59,984 nucleotides of DNA, filler included, from Hausera hauseri (GCA_046269625.1; 10 parts of 10 records of this genome joined end to end with filler, not necessarily neighbours in it), one strand, 5' to 3'; counted from the first letter of the whole stretch, positions 1-13,445 are shown. Notes: generated from the letters alone by a model not told the origin. A program made the numbers and translations.

Positions 1-540
1 AAAAGTGCATTGAATGCTTTTCAAAAAAAAGCGCCAACTCACCGCACGTCAGATCCATCCGGAGATTCTGTCATAGCCAAACATTTCTTTAATTCTTTGA
101 AACGACAGGGTCATATCGTTGGGGTTATTGAATTCGTTGCCACAGGTAGCAGACTCAGAATTTACATACCAAAAGAAACGAACATTTTGACCGTACTATG
201 TGCATGAATTAAATGTCCTCGACCACTGAGACGACTTCCAAACGGTAAAGCAGAACCTACAAATGCAGAAGGAAACTACGCTCGTAAATATACAGAAAAG
301 GTTTCCGAAAAACGTGTAGTAGAGGTTGAAATCGAGAATATGGATAAGGCCTGTAATTTCATCGGATGGCTCTATCTGGGATCACCAGAGGGCAGAGCCA
401 ACCATAATTTGAGTGTACTATTAGTCGAGTCTGAATTGTCCAGAATTCATGTCATTGCCGAAGGGTCAACTCAGTATAAATAGCTGTGTGAAGCCAAAAA
501 CCGGCCGAAAGAACGGAAACTCAATTTACAGACAACTGAA
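1..540 (+). pseudogene. SND1: Tudor-SN (staphylococcal nuclease domain-containing protein 1) fragment, SN4 domain, intronless, with premature stops
   Basis: Frame 1 reads ...VIEFVATGSRLRIYIPKETNILTVLCA*IKCPR...VEVEIENMDKACNFIGWL...NLSVLLVESELSRIH...YK*LCEA, matching the SND1 SN4 pattern (VEYVFSGSRLKLYLPKET...VEVEVESMDKAGNFIGWL...NLSVLLVE); stops at 205-207 and 481-483. Confidence 0.88.
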
Positions 541-879
541 GGCCAGTTGAGTCACCTTGACGAATCAGTGAAACGATTTAGTAATTCGAGTAATCCCATT
601 CGAAAAGCATTTGATACCATGTCGAAACTTCTGAATCGACAAGCCATTCACACAATGTTGTTGATAAACCAAGAAAATGTTACCAAAGCATCAGATGATG
701 CCATAACTAACGAAAGAAAATCAATAATTGACCTTATTAAAACCTATATTGCTGCCATTCTAAATTTACTCCCTTCATATATGAATACATCTGAGATTGT
801 CGATTTACTCTCAATTTCGAAGATTCAAAGTGACGAGGATAGGCGAATCACACCCAATCAGGCTTGGCGACATAAATTA

Positions 880-1505
880 CCTTTGTCGACAACTACATCG
901 TTACCTTTGTAGATTGTATACACGATTTCACATGGGACAACTACCATTGTCATACCGATGTTCCTTAGAACGTTTTTGGGCAAGGTTGTTGTTTTCGGTC
1001 GTCTCTATTATATTTATATGGAGATGTTGGCCATTTCCCGTACAAATTCCATCATTATCTACGCCGGTATAAAGAAAATCGAGGCTGGCAAAAGTTCGGT
1101 TATTACTGTTTCTATTAGCTGCATCAATTTTATTGAATTTGTTACCAGCCCGTTTTGGCAGTATCTCCTGTTCTCTTTGTTTTTATGATTCCATTCGTTT
1201 CCTATTGTCTGAAATTTTGAAATACATCTGGTACCTAGTGAAGATGTTTGCTGGTGATACATGTTGCTGTTATTTCGGCATGATTTCTGACGTCCTTGGA
1301 ATTCTAGATCATTTCAGCAAACCACTTCTTCTTTTCCTTATTTCTCGGATCATAAATTTCCTCTATTCTTTTCCACAGTGTTTACACTTTAGCACTTGCC
1401 CACGACATAGTCTTCCGAGACATCTTGCAACTGTTAATAAAGTTACTCAATCCACAGTGAAATTTAAATTGGCTTCAATGGACAAAATTGGTAAACTATA
1501 CTTTT
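880..1505 (-). pseudogene. Possible degraded rhodopsin-family (peptide) GPCR fragment, TM3-TM6 region
   Basis: Minus strand gives FTVD*VTLLTVARCLG (TM3/ERY-like), IETVITELLPASIFFIPA*IMM (TM5-like) and NIGMTMVVVPCEIVYNL (TM6-like), with stops and frameshifts. Confidence 0.35.
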
Positions 1506-2039
1506 AAGTTCTGAGGTATTTGACTCTCGTAGGAATGCGTGAATTCGATGATGGCCACGTAGAAATTAAGGAAATAGCCCAGTCAGTCTGCGGCATTGTT
1601 AATTGTACATCACCTGTACCTTATTTTGCCAAACCTACAAAACTCGACAACGAAACATATATGAAATTTGATGAATCTGTAATGAGAAGAGATAAAAGTA
1701 AAGCACCTTATCATAAGTCGGTCCGATTTATTATTCTGATTACAGCGAGTACCTGACTAGAGCTTCTGACAATGGACAGAATCCGTCCACTTCTAGTTAT
1801 TGTCGATATTTTTCAATACGCTTCGGTTATAAGTGCAATAAACCCATTATTCATAGTGAGTCCACAGATCGGACATATTCTTCAAAAGACACAGCAACTC
1901 TCTTACCTTCGAAGGACCACATCGATATACCACACTACCCGGTTTACAGTACATCACAGTCATTTCCCCTCTACCTTTATGTTAACAATAATCTAATACA
2001 AATAGTACATGTCAGACAACGTATCGAAACATCAAAACT

Positions 2040-4160
2040 ATGTGCTCTCATTCACAATACCTCCACCTACAGCGATTACTTTCTGACTCACAACGTTTTC
2101 ATTTTAGTCGACCTTCCACACATTATGGCCTTACATAACTATCTGTGTATACATATCAATCCTAGAATCCGCAGCGGGATGATTTCTCCATCAACCAGTG
2201 ACATCACCGATAAGGTGACCACAAAACCTAAATCCATTCTTTACTACCTCATATCAAGCCATCCACCTACTTCAACCGATACAAACTCTTCTCACAAAAA
2301 TCATACCAGTACTTCACCACATGGTTCTGAATATTTTATAGACAAAGAGAAGTCTAGCAAAACTTGGCTCCGCTTCCATCAACTCTGGTTACAGTCTAAG
2401 GGTATTACAGACTCGTTATTCAAAGCCCATAATCTACTTTACCTTCTACAAAATTCCATAAAGGCCTCAATCCACAACTTACTGGACATCTTTCAACACT
2501 CTGACATTTATATCCAATTGTTCGATGTTGTGTTAAAACTGACAGAACCACAAATTGACTCTATAATTCAACGCTTCTTTAACGAAAACGCAATGGGGAC
2601 ACAAAAACCTAGTAATTTCCTACGTACCTCGTTTTCTCACTTACGTACTTTAGGCGTCACCAAGGAACAATATCCAGATCTACTTCGACGATATTTCCTT
2701 AATGTTTTACCCATTCAAATTAGGGCTTTACTTACCGTTGTTGGAGATTCTGGCTAAACTGGCAGATAAAGCACACGAAGTCTTACAAATCCATTCACAA
2801 CCCATCATATCATCCGCTATTACGACCGATGACAATCAATGCCATACATCCATCAAACACCAATTGAACCAATTACGTGCCGAAAATGCGGCACTCCAAC
2901 ACACAATCAACACCATCAATGGTAAGCTGAATGACCTTTCTTTACATCGACGGAATGCTCCCTCGCCTCTTCGAACACGTTCTCCTTCCAGAAATTGAAC
3001 ACCGTCGTCAACGCGGTCATTCATATGTTATTACCACAACAGATTTAACAACAAAGCAAATAAATTATGTTTAGGGTGTAGCTATTATTTATCGACTTTA
3101 CACTCTGATAACATAATTTGCATATATCATGCAAAATTCAGACATAATTCACGCAAATGCATTTCAGGTTGCACGTTTAAAAACAAATCCCATCATGCAG
3201 ATGACGAACGCACAACTTTCGTTTCTAACAGTTGCTCAGGTTCCCCGTTTTCAAAAAACTAACTTCGCCGCCAGAGTTTTCGGTAAGCACTGGCGAAAGC
3301 CACTCTTCACTTCCTAATAGCCGAAAAATTTCTTTCGCTGTGTTCACATTAAAAGTCTCCACCATCGCACCGACACCTCAACACATAGATTTCCTTATCG
3401 ATTCAGGCGCAGCGATTTCTTTACTACAGCTCACCTTTCCAATTCAACAGACCGTCGAAAATTAAACCTTTATTTAAAGCTTCCGGACAACCGCTACATG
3501 TTTCCGATAAATGTAGGCTTTCTTTTATCCTTCCGAAATTTACTCAAACGTTCCACTGGACATTTACTGTTGCAAACGTCCAAACAACCATTTTAGGATC
3601 CGATTTTCTTTCGCACTATAACCTGTTTGTCGATTGAAAACAACGCTGCTTAACAAGTGGTCGCAATAAGGAGCGATTCAATCACGACCATACAATTTCG
3701 GCTGTCGTACGGGTGAATGCAACTCGAAAGCCGATATTAAAAATATCTTTTAACAGACCTTTTACTTACAACCATAGCACCTTGTTTTATAAATCACTAA
3801 AGAACAGTGTTACTGCCGATTGGGGTTTGCACATCGACGAAAGTGATTCTGTTACCACTGTCAATTCATTAGACAAAACCACTAGTTAAAATACCATCTT
3901 CAGTGCTACCATTCTGCATCGAATACCACTTCATTCTCGATCAACAAATAACACCCGAATTGCTACTGTTACTAATACAACCAAAGTTACCGGTAAGACT
4001 TCCTCGCTCCCACCAAACTTTTTACAATTACCTGCAAGTCTGCAGCAATTCATCCACGTATCTTGTTCTAGAATTATTCAAAAAGATAGGTCTCTTACAC
4101 AAGCAAATACCACTTTTCATCATATTGTGACACAACATCAAAAACCTATCCGCCAGTAAT
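2040..4160 (+). mobile_element. Degraded CsRn1-clade Ty3/gypsy retrotransposon: Ubl-like leader, gag, protease; breaks off at the start of RT
   Basis: Gag motifs MGTQKPSNFLR, LLRRYFLNVLPIQIRALL, LAKLADK; CHCC knuckle CYYHNRFNNKANKLCLGC (3026-3079); protease FLIDSGAAISLL (3391) and WTFTVANVQTTILGSDFLSHYNLFVD; pre-RT HHIVTQHQKPIRQ* near 4120-4160; homologous to 50650-51388. Confidence 0.85.
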
Positions 4161-4424
4161 GGAGCAGCAAAAATAAATAATAAGCAAATTGTTATTTATT
4201 TTAATTTGTTTAAATAATGGATAAATAAACACTTTAAAAACTCTTTGGACTTATTCAATTATGATGGAAAACAACGCAGATGAACTCAAGGATTTCGATC
4301 CTCCGACTTTGCCGAGCAAAGTCTTCTTTACTGGCGATCCAACCAGAACAATGGGACAAGGTCATTCAAGTTCTCCGGACTATCATGAACACTTCCGGAA
4401 ATACTACGATGCTTCCCTTCGGCA

Positions 4425-4524
4425 NNNNNNNNNNNNNNNNNNNNNNNNNNNNNNNNNNNNNNNNNNNNTTAATTAATTAANNNNNNNNNNNNNNNNNNNN
4501 NNNNNNNNNNNNNNNNNNNNNNNN
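4425..4524. other. Artificial contig spacer (44N-TTAATTAATTAA-44N)
   Basis: Identical 100-bp spacer with stops in all six frames; recurs 9 times in the window. Confidence 0.98.
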
Positions 4525-4610
4525 TTTGGAGGGCGGAGTTAATGTTAACAGATATTGGAGGGCGGAGTTAATGTTAACAGATTTTGGAGGGCGGAGTTAA
4601 TGTTAACAGA
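4525..4610. repeat. 29-bp minisatellite, 3 copies, cut by the contig end
   Basis: ttggagggcggagttaatgttaacaga(ta/tt) repeated three times. Confidence 0.9.
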
Positions 4611-7600
4611 GCTCATTATCATAAACAGCTCGCTCTGAACAGAAGTCAGAGGAAGCAGAACTAGAAAAGGTGAAATTTCATTATCTGAGAATTATTTTGT
4701 GTATTAAATCGAATGAACATGATGTGGATAGTCCAGACATACCATAACATTTTCTTCCAATCCACAGGTCTTTTGAGCCCTATTTTATAGAGTCCTACGC
4801 GTCTTGACTCTCACACATTCTTTCTTTTAAAGAGAAAACTACTCACCCCCTGTGTCTCTGCTCTCCGCCTCGGCTCTGCCGTCACTCGTTGGGAGCAGCC
4901 GAAGGAAAAGGAGTTGGGCCCTTTAACAGGTCTGGAGAGCTGTGGCCACAGTCTTACACCGAGGTCCTTTTGTTCCTGCTGGGAACAAGAGATGTTGGCA
5001 TCTGGCTTTTCAAAGGACCAAATTATGATTGGTCTTTTTGCACCTAGATCCTTTTAAACAAACACAGGCCAAGAAGAGAGACACAGTCAACATTAAGTTT
5101 TATCAAGAGTGAGGAGAACGCGGGGCAGGGAGCCTTCATTCGACCTCCGACCCGACGCTCTGAAGGCTTCCTGCAGTTCACCTCTCTTTTATTTAGTTTT
5201 CACGCCCCTGAATACATGGACACGAGACAGCCTAAGGGAGGGGGAAGAGCTGCTGTCTCAGCTCAAACAATGATACATGCTTAGTTATAAATCAAAGTGG
5301 ATTGTGCAACTCTCAGTTCTGCTCGCCACAGGAACCGGTCAACTGTTGTTCAGCCCGAGCAGGTCATAAAACAGTCACCGTGACCTTATTCTGTCTGCAT
5401 CAGCACATCCCGTGTGTGGAGAAAGAGAAACCACAGTGGATTACAGAAGTCCATTAAAGGCCATGGGTGAGAAACAGAGCTTCAGAACAGTCAGGAACAA
5501 AAGAGAGCGCTCCAAATCAAAGTAGGATTAGCTTGATTAGTTTCTGAAGAAATCATTATAAACAGATTGAGTATTTAAATGATAACACATTATTTACTCC
5601 TATCAGATGGCAAAATAATTGGTATCGGCCTTCAAAAACCTGGGCTCTTTTCATCTGTGGTCAGGGGTCCGGTGGACGTGACGTGCCCCAATTTTTATTG
5701 TACATCCTAGACATTCACATATAGGAATTTGGGGTGGGCACTCTACAGCTATGGGTGGCAGGACTGTTCTCTCGTACCCTGTACCTGTGCCCACTTCCAA
5801 AGGTTGCATGTAGACAGTCCACATGGTTTTTAACTTGTTTAATTTACTTACTTTCACTTTAAGTTGATTTGATGCTGCACTTTGACTTTTAATACTATTT
5901 TACAGCTTTTCTGCTACTTTTGCATTGGATATTTTTAGGTTTTAAAAGTTTTTAGGGACACAAGATCCTTCCTAGAAGAACCAGAATGTGAATCTTTTTT
6001 CCTAAAACTTCATGTTGATATTTTTGATCAAGTTATGAGTAAAAACATAACAAGAAGGTGAAATGATCACAGATTGGTTCTGCTGTGAACTGCAGCAAGA
6101 AAACATGAGCTGATTTCACCCAAACATCAATAACTTCCCTCATACTGGAGATAATCCCATGATTTTGGTGGTATTTAGTTTGTTTATTGTTCTTTTATAA
6201 CCTGCTGTCAGATTTAATATTGGTGTAGGATTAAAAATGTATCCACATCCCTACTGGATGCTGCTGCTGTCAGTCTGACAGCTGTTTACTGACTGTGTTC
6301 ATTAAATGACTCAGAATTTGCCTCCGTCTGCCTGCAGCTAACATTATGTAGAACTGAACAGCTGAGCTGAATGCTTGCTTTACTGCAGCAAGAACACAAC
6401 AAACTTGTGCCTCAAATCTGATTCCTTCTGCTTCTGTCCGTCAATTTGCTTCCGTGCTGCAGTTTAGAGCAAAACCTTCAGTTCCTGATGAGTTGCTCTT
6501 CTTTTCTTGGACTCTGCACACGTTTCCATCTGCTTCATGTTGATCCACACATAGTAATGGCGGCCTTCTTTAGTCCAGCTGAGTCTCATCCACTTCTATA
6601 TCTCCATGCTCACATTTAGCTCATCGCTTCTTGCTAAAGCCGTTAGCTAGCTAAAGCTACAGCTAGCTAACATGGTCGTAGGCCGAATGAAAACAACACC
6701 AACCTGAGCTCATTTCCTCTCCAACGCTCCAGTTCTTCTTGGAAATGTTTCCTCCACACATTCATCCAGTCTGTCTGAGCCTCTGTCTCCACTTTCTACA
6801 CCTCGATACACATTTAGCTCGCTCGGTATAACGAGAGACACGGTGTCTCGCGCTGCTTGTGCCTCCGTGATCACGTGTCTCCTCTGAAGGAGGCGTCGTG
6901 ACGTCACATCGGTGTGATGTTATTTCTAAAACATGAATGAGTTGCAGAATAAATGACAAGAATCTGTTTCTGTTTTTTTATTCAGATAAAACAGGTTCTG
7001 AGACATCCATTATAGAAAAACTGTTTTTATATAAAATAACAGAAGATTCAGTCCTGATGTAGAATTAAATTTACAGAAAAATGAAGTTTTGATTTTCACA
7101 AAAGATTAATTTTCTCTTAAATAAAACTTTAAAATATTGAGTTTTATAAAAACAGACATGTCAGAGTTGGAGCTTTAATTTAATGACAGAAACATAAAAA
7201 GAACAGAAATAAATTAATTTATATTTAAAAATCAGTTTTCCTACAAAGTAAGCAAAGTGCAACTTTAACAAAAGGGGAAAAAGTGCAGAAAGTTTGTTAC
7301 AAACACCCTGACTGTAGCTTTAGTTTCCACTGATAAACAGAAAAACATGAAGCATTATTGCTGTACGACTGGTAGTGATGGACAGTTTACTGGTTCAAAG
7401 CAAAAACTGCTTTTATTTTCATTATTAGCTACAGAGCAGCACAAGCTGGTTTTCTTTAGCTGATGGTGTCAGTGAAGCCAAACTGTGTTCAAATCAAAGG
7501 AAAATGTGCTTGAATAGAAGCAGAAATCTTCCTATAACTGAGTAAAGAAGCAGCAAGATGAAAATAAGGCTGAGCTTCACAGAAACAGCTTCCTTCTCTC

Positions 7601-8103
7601 CTTTTGAAATGTTGTAAAAAGAGTTGGATGGGTAGAATCTTGGCTCCATGCTGCCCTCGTGTGTCCAGAATATGTGACTACTGTCTCCAAGCAGGCAGAG
7701 AAGAGACAGAGAGGAGGGAAACTCTAACCCTGAGCACTGACTGAGCTACAGAGAAAGAAATAAGAAAGAGGAACTTCAGCTGATCATCAAACACTGTTTG
7801 TTCATTTTAACATCAGCTGAGCTGTGAGGAAAAGAAAAATACCATCAAACACCAGCAGAGTTGGTGAAAATATGGCTCATACCCCCCCGCACTAGTGACA
7901 CTACTGAGAACACAACCTGTCTAAAATAATACAGCAGCATACAGGAAGTGTTCTGACCATCTGACAGAATGCAGGAGTTCAGTGGTTAGAATTATTTCAA
8001 TACAACAAATGAAGAAGCAGGAAAGTGACAGAATAAAATGTGGGTCTGGTAGGAGGCTGCTGCAGCCCTGCCCCCCCTCCCCCAACTCTCACTCAGTCTC
8101 ACA

Positions 8104-8472
8104 CACTTCAACGCTCACGTGGACAATGACAGGTAGACCTGGAGGGATGTGGTTGGGAGGAGTGCCCCCCCCGATGTGAACCTGAGTGGTGTTTTGTCAT
8201 TGGACTTGTGTGCTCGTCATGGATGGTCCAGAACAAACACCATGTTCAAACATCAGGGTCCACATGTGCTCTTGGCACCAGGACACCTCAGACTGCACTT
8301 CAATGTTTCATCTGATCTGTGGCTGCATGTCTTGGACACTCGGGTGAAGAGAGGGGCGGAGCTTCAACTGACCACTACCTGCTGGTCAGTTGGCTCCGGT
8401 GGTGGGGGAGGATGCCGCTCAGACCTGGCACACACAAACGTATAGTGAGGGTCTGCTGGGAACGTCTGGCAG
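8104..8472 (+). mobile_element. Rex3/Expander (RTE-clade) LINE remnant, AP-endonuclease region, teleost type
   Basis: FNAHV, PDVNLSGVLSLDLCARHGWSRTNTMFKHQG, SSDLWLHVLDTRVKRGAELSTDHYLLVSWLRW and RIVRVCWERLA across frameshifts. Confidence 0.85.
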
Positions 8473-8998
8473 ACACTTCTTTTTTTTCTTTTTTTGTGTC
8501 ACCTCAGTAGAAAAAAGACTGAATATTAGTTTTTTTATTTCTTCATCATCAGTGACTTTTTTAATAAAGAAGAAAACAACATGTTTTCTAGTTTCCCTGC
8601 TCAACCACAGCTGATTTACATGACTGGATGATTAACAGGCTTCTACAGACTTCTAAGAGGTAACTGAATCACTGAATCAGGTGTGTTGGAGCAGAGAAAC
8701 CAGGAAAACATGCAGGTGGAGGAGAACCTCTGATTCAAACCAAAACAATGATTCCAATCAAGAGCGCTCCACCTGCTTCTTTGCTTCTCCTTTATACTGA
8801 AAACTATTCAGTCATCAAGACACAGAAAACACACGTAACTTTATTTTTGGCCAGTTAAAGACAAACTGACTTTTATTAAAAGGATAACATTAAACCATTA
8901 ACAGGTGATTACAACAACACAACAAATGAGCTCTCAGGATTATGATTTAAGATAAACTAGGTAACTAATTAAGCAGGTTATTTTATCTACATTTAGGG

Positions 8999-9000
<2 letters not shown>

Positions 9001-9049
<49 letters not shown>
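9001..9049. repeat. (GT)n microsatellite
   Basis: About 24 perfect GT units. Confidence 0.97.
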
Positions 9050-9051
<2 letters not shown>

Positions 9052-9678
9052 ATGAAGAAAGAAAGACAGAGAGAAGAGACAAAGAAGGACAAACAAACAC
9101 AAACAAATCTCAACTGAGGCTAAGGTTCTAAATGATGTTTCTGAGCCCGTGAGTCAGCCAGCTGAGCTCGTCAGGCTGAAGAGGCTAAAAAAGCCCGTTT
9201 TTACCGTGTCAGGAGCCAAACCAACGAGGGGACTGGACAAGACGCCTCGCAGGAACCAGCCAGTTTGGACAGCAGGACTCCGGGCCTTCTTGATGGGTCG
9301 AGGGCAGCGCTCTCTTGGACGGCTCACAACACCCAGGCCCGATGAGAGCTTCCACCCACAGCAAGGAAGAGAACTCCTTAACTACTCGCAAACTCATCGC
9401 AGCCCAAAACCAAGCTTTATTCCTCCAGCCAAAAAGAAGACTTTTAAAAAAAGAAGAAAGAGCTCGCTGCAACCCACAGAGGACTAGCTGAAAGGTGATT
9501 TGGCCATCAGGGCTCTCCTCAGCCAGCAGGACCTCAAGTCAGGACATCAGACGAGGACAAGACAAGAACACTCTCTGAGACCAACGCTAAGACAAAGATT
9601 CTGACCAATGAAATGACAGAAGCAGATAAGAACCTGAGAGGAATGTGTGTTGTCTCGCAGGTGCAGCTCGTGACAATG

Positions 9679-9681
<3 letters not shown>

Positions 9682-9720
<39 letters not shown>

Positions 9721-9781
9721 AGGCTGATGTGTGTGTGTGTGAATGAGGCTGATGTGTGTGTGTGTGTGTGTGTGTGAATGA
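9682..9781. repeat. Compound (GT)n / gaatgaggctgat minisatellite
   Basis: GT runs separated by repeated gaatgaggctgat. Confidence 0.9.
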
Positions 9782-9881
9782 NNNNNNNNNNNNNNNNNNN
9801 NNNNNNNNNNNNNNNNNNNNNNNNNTTAATTAATTAANNNNNNNNNNNNNNNNNNNNNNNNNNNNNNNNNNNNNNNNNNNN
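9782..9881. other. Artificial contig spacer
   Basis: Same 44N-TTAATTAATTAA-44N structure. Confidence 0.98.
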
Positions 9882-10845
9882 GCAAAATAGAGTCGAGGTT
9901 TAACTTCTGATTTATCAATCTTCCTCTTGGATCTTGTTAATTCCGTCGTGGATAAGAATATTTCTTTGTAATTTGTTCAAAACACTGTGTGATCACATCT
10001 CCGAGTATCACTTTCCAATTTAAATCTCATTCAATCTTGCGGATTTGCTGAATATACTATGGTAGGAGTCTCGATCATATCCGATACTCGATCTAATCTA
10101 CTTTTGGATATCACCTCCTTATACATTCGCCCTTTCGTTTCGTTAAATTTTCCTACTTTTAATAAAGCTAATTGACACTGATCCCTATCAACTTCGTATG
10201 ACATAATTGATTCACCAGTGTCGCATTCTTTATTGTAATAGTCACATTCAGGGAATTGCATCATCTTTCCTGAAGATAACTCGAAGAGGGCATCATATTC
10301 TCTCGGCTCGATTTGATAATCTTCAATAGCCACTATATTATCTAAAATCTCGCCATTGATATTATAAGACTCATCCTTACAGTATCCCGTCTTATCAACT
10401 ATTCCAGCTACAAAAATCCTTTTGTTGATAATTTTTCCTTTCTGAGCTTTCAGTCTAATATTTTCAATATTAATCTGCTTTGTCATAAAAGACTCTGTGC
10501 ACATTCGTTTGCTTATGGGAAGTAGCTCTAATGCGGTAATTGGTTCGACTATTGCTGAATTTCAATACCAATATCCACAAATGAAATGAAAGTGATTTTT
10601 TCGATCAAAGCATTCTTTCACCTTAGTTTTCACAAACTCTGACTCTTGACAAACATAGTACTCCTTTTCCGATATGGTAGTCAATGAGGCTGGATTGGCA
10701 AATGTGCATGTTTTTAAGTCTAATAAGGAATATATTAGACCTTCCTTAGCTTGACTACAGTCGTAAGCAGTGATTGAAAGTGCTTTTGGAATTAGGCTAA
10801 ATAGAAGTAGTATAGGTATAACTTTAGTTAGCCATGATAAATTGA
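9882..10845 (-). pseudogene. Chuvirus/Jingchuvirales-type class III fusion glycoprotein, N-terminal half, with premature stops, truncated by the contig end
   Basis: One frame: signal-like WLTKVIPILLLFSLIPKALS, then ITAYDCSQ..IYSLLDLKTC..KVKEC..FICGYWY*NSA..MC..GYC..ECDYYNKECD..DQC..RCDHTVF*TNYKEIFL; the AYDC, SLLD-C and CG motifs and Cys spacing resemble chuviral G. Confidence 0.75.
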
Positions 10846-10876
10846 GATCTGTTTGTGGGTTTCGTTGGGTTTCTGC

Positions 10877-12590
10877 TTATTGTGGTGTACGATATTCTAT
10901 TCGTTGTTGTGCAATTGGAGCCGATTCACGTATTGCTGTACAAACTAAACTAGTGATCCATCCACCTCTACATTTTACCCATCCCTCAACATTGGACTTT
11001 AACGCTCTTATAGCAATTTTTATATTTCTCTCTATCTCTTCCCGGTTCGGATTTACACCATTCATCACCATTATCTTATATAAGAGATAGGATATTACTG
11101 TCACAATTTTATTTCGGGATATACCAGTTCCCATCATTCTTGAAAGAATATCCCTTTCCTGTATTTCATTTATCCTCTCATCTGTAGGAATATCCGCAAA
11201 TTGTTCACTAATCTTTGCGACTTCATTCCTTACAGCTTGCATTAGTGAATCCGGTATTTGTAAATTGGTATTAAACTCAACGAATGCATTATGCGTTCTT
11301 GCTAACAAGGTTTGTATTAGTGTTACTAATGATACATTATCTAGGTGGTATTCATCTTCCGTTGTTAGCAATCTTAGAATTATTTCGTCATTTCTGGCTT
11401 TCCTGCCTTTCAACTGATAAAGTTTCGTCGTTCCTTTTGGTCTGCCACGGTTTCTTTTATCCGTTTGCATTTGTTCTGATATAGGTATATTCGCTCCCAT
11501 CTCCACCTGTTAAACTTGATATTGATGTTCTGGTTCTTATACTTCTTTTCGTCTAACATCAGCAATAATTTCATCAATTACGTCTTGTTCAGTCTGTTTA
11601 TAAATAATACACACAGGGTTGTATCGATTTTCCCAGATACCTACTTCATACAAAGTTTCATGATCCAGCAGAGGGCGTCCATAGAAACGCAACTCTATTT
11701 CTCCTCGAGGCTGAATAATTCCATTGATATTATTTTTCAATGTAATTATCGTATCTGATGACTTCATTCTTAGAACGTGGAAATCTTGGTTATACTGTTG
11801 TAGCGTAACCATTACTTCAGGGTTTTCTCCAACTGTCCTCACTCTATCCGCATAACGATAAATTATGTATCGTACAATATCCTGATATGGGCTTGTACCC
11901 GCAGCATACATTAACAGCAAATCCAGTAAATTAGCAAATTGTTGATGGCTGATTGTTGGCGATAGTAGCATAGACAAATCTTGCCTAAACCGAGTGCCGT
12001 CGATCAGTTCTTGGTTGGCATAATTAGATATTTTCCGAACTATTTCGACGCAATCCTGATCTAAAGCCAAAGATGAAGACTCATAACTTGGGGATTTTTC
12101 CTTTATTTTCTTTCTCCTTGTTCTTTTTATCTTTTCTTTAGGTTCACTTTTTTGCTTGACTCACTCTTCTCACTTTCAGAAGGTAAATTGGGTTCCGGAG
12201 TCTTCAGTTCTTCTTGTGTCAGTGGTTTATCCTTTTTCTTGACCCTTTTCTTTTCGATATCCGATTCTGATGTAGGAGTCTTTTTGAGTTTACCAATAGG
12301 AGCCATGACTGAACTTTCGTCCTTCATTTTCTGTCTTTTCTCAGAAATTTGTTGTTCCTTTAATTCCAGGTGCAGCTGTTTTAATTCAGCTATCTTATCT
12401 TCCTCCTCTATTGTATTGGTTTTACTTTCTTTTAATTTAGATCTGATCTTCTGCTGTAACTTTTCAATTGTTTCTTCGGGCTCTGTATCCGTGGTTTGGT
12501 GTTCATTATCCGTATCAGATATATTGCCTACTGTGGTGCCGCGGACTCGTGCGCCTCCATCGGTCCAATTGCAATGCTCAAATTTCTTAG
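10877..12590 (-). pseudogene. Unknown coiled-coil/helical protein in frame with the glycoprotein (gag- or nucleocapsid-like?)
   Basis: ORFs 11537-12070, 10877-11506 and the glycoprotein share one frame, separated by single TAA codons; the upstream K/E-rich coiled coil (12127-12590) is joined by one frameshift. Confidence 0.55.
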
Positions 12591-13445
12591 TCTATTATTG
12601 TTGATTAAATGATTGCAGAAAATGCCGAACAATTGTTGAAAAATGTTGATAAAAACGAGGTCAAAGAAGCGAAATTGAGATGTTGTTTTGAGATTTCATA
12701 AGACCTATCGTCCAATTTATTTCATTTTGACGGACTTTTATTCGGAACCACGTACGTTAGAAATGCCGTAGTACAAAAGTAACATGAAGGGGAACCATAA
12801 TAAATTTTGAAAATGGAATTAAAAGTATTAGAAGTTAATTGGGCATATTTGAAAGTGATGACTAAGCTTAAATTTTGTACAAATTCATATGCAGTACTAA
12901 ACTTTTATCCACTATCTTCGAAGTTTGATATTACAGATTATATTGATGAATATCTTATACTGAGTCTATACCGACATTTTCCACATATAACATATCAGAT
13001 CGCCAGAAGTGCAGCGACTTTACTCCTATGCATGCTAACAAGCAAACTGCTTACGATACGATAATATGCACCTACTACAACATAACTTTGATCCTTGTTG
13101 TCAAAAAGGAAAGAAAGTTGATAATAATTAGAGATCAAACAACTACCTTATATTGACGATTATATTTGGAGAAACGAATTGTGTTGAATTAAACTGTTGA
13201 AAAATATAATCATCCATAATATTCTATTTTACATTGCAGTTTATTACAATTAAAATTGCCAAAATCTAAGACACTGGATTCAAATGAAATTAATTTTATT
13301 ACAACTAATGCACAGCAATTATTGTGCATTACCAAACAAACGAAAACAAATTGCAATGGTATAAACAGTTATGCAGTTAAAATTCAAGTCCAATTAGTCC
13401 GGCAGTGATAAACAGCGATTAGTCAATGAATAATCAATTTGTAAA

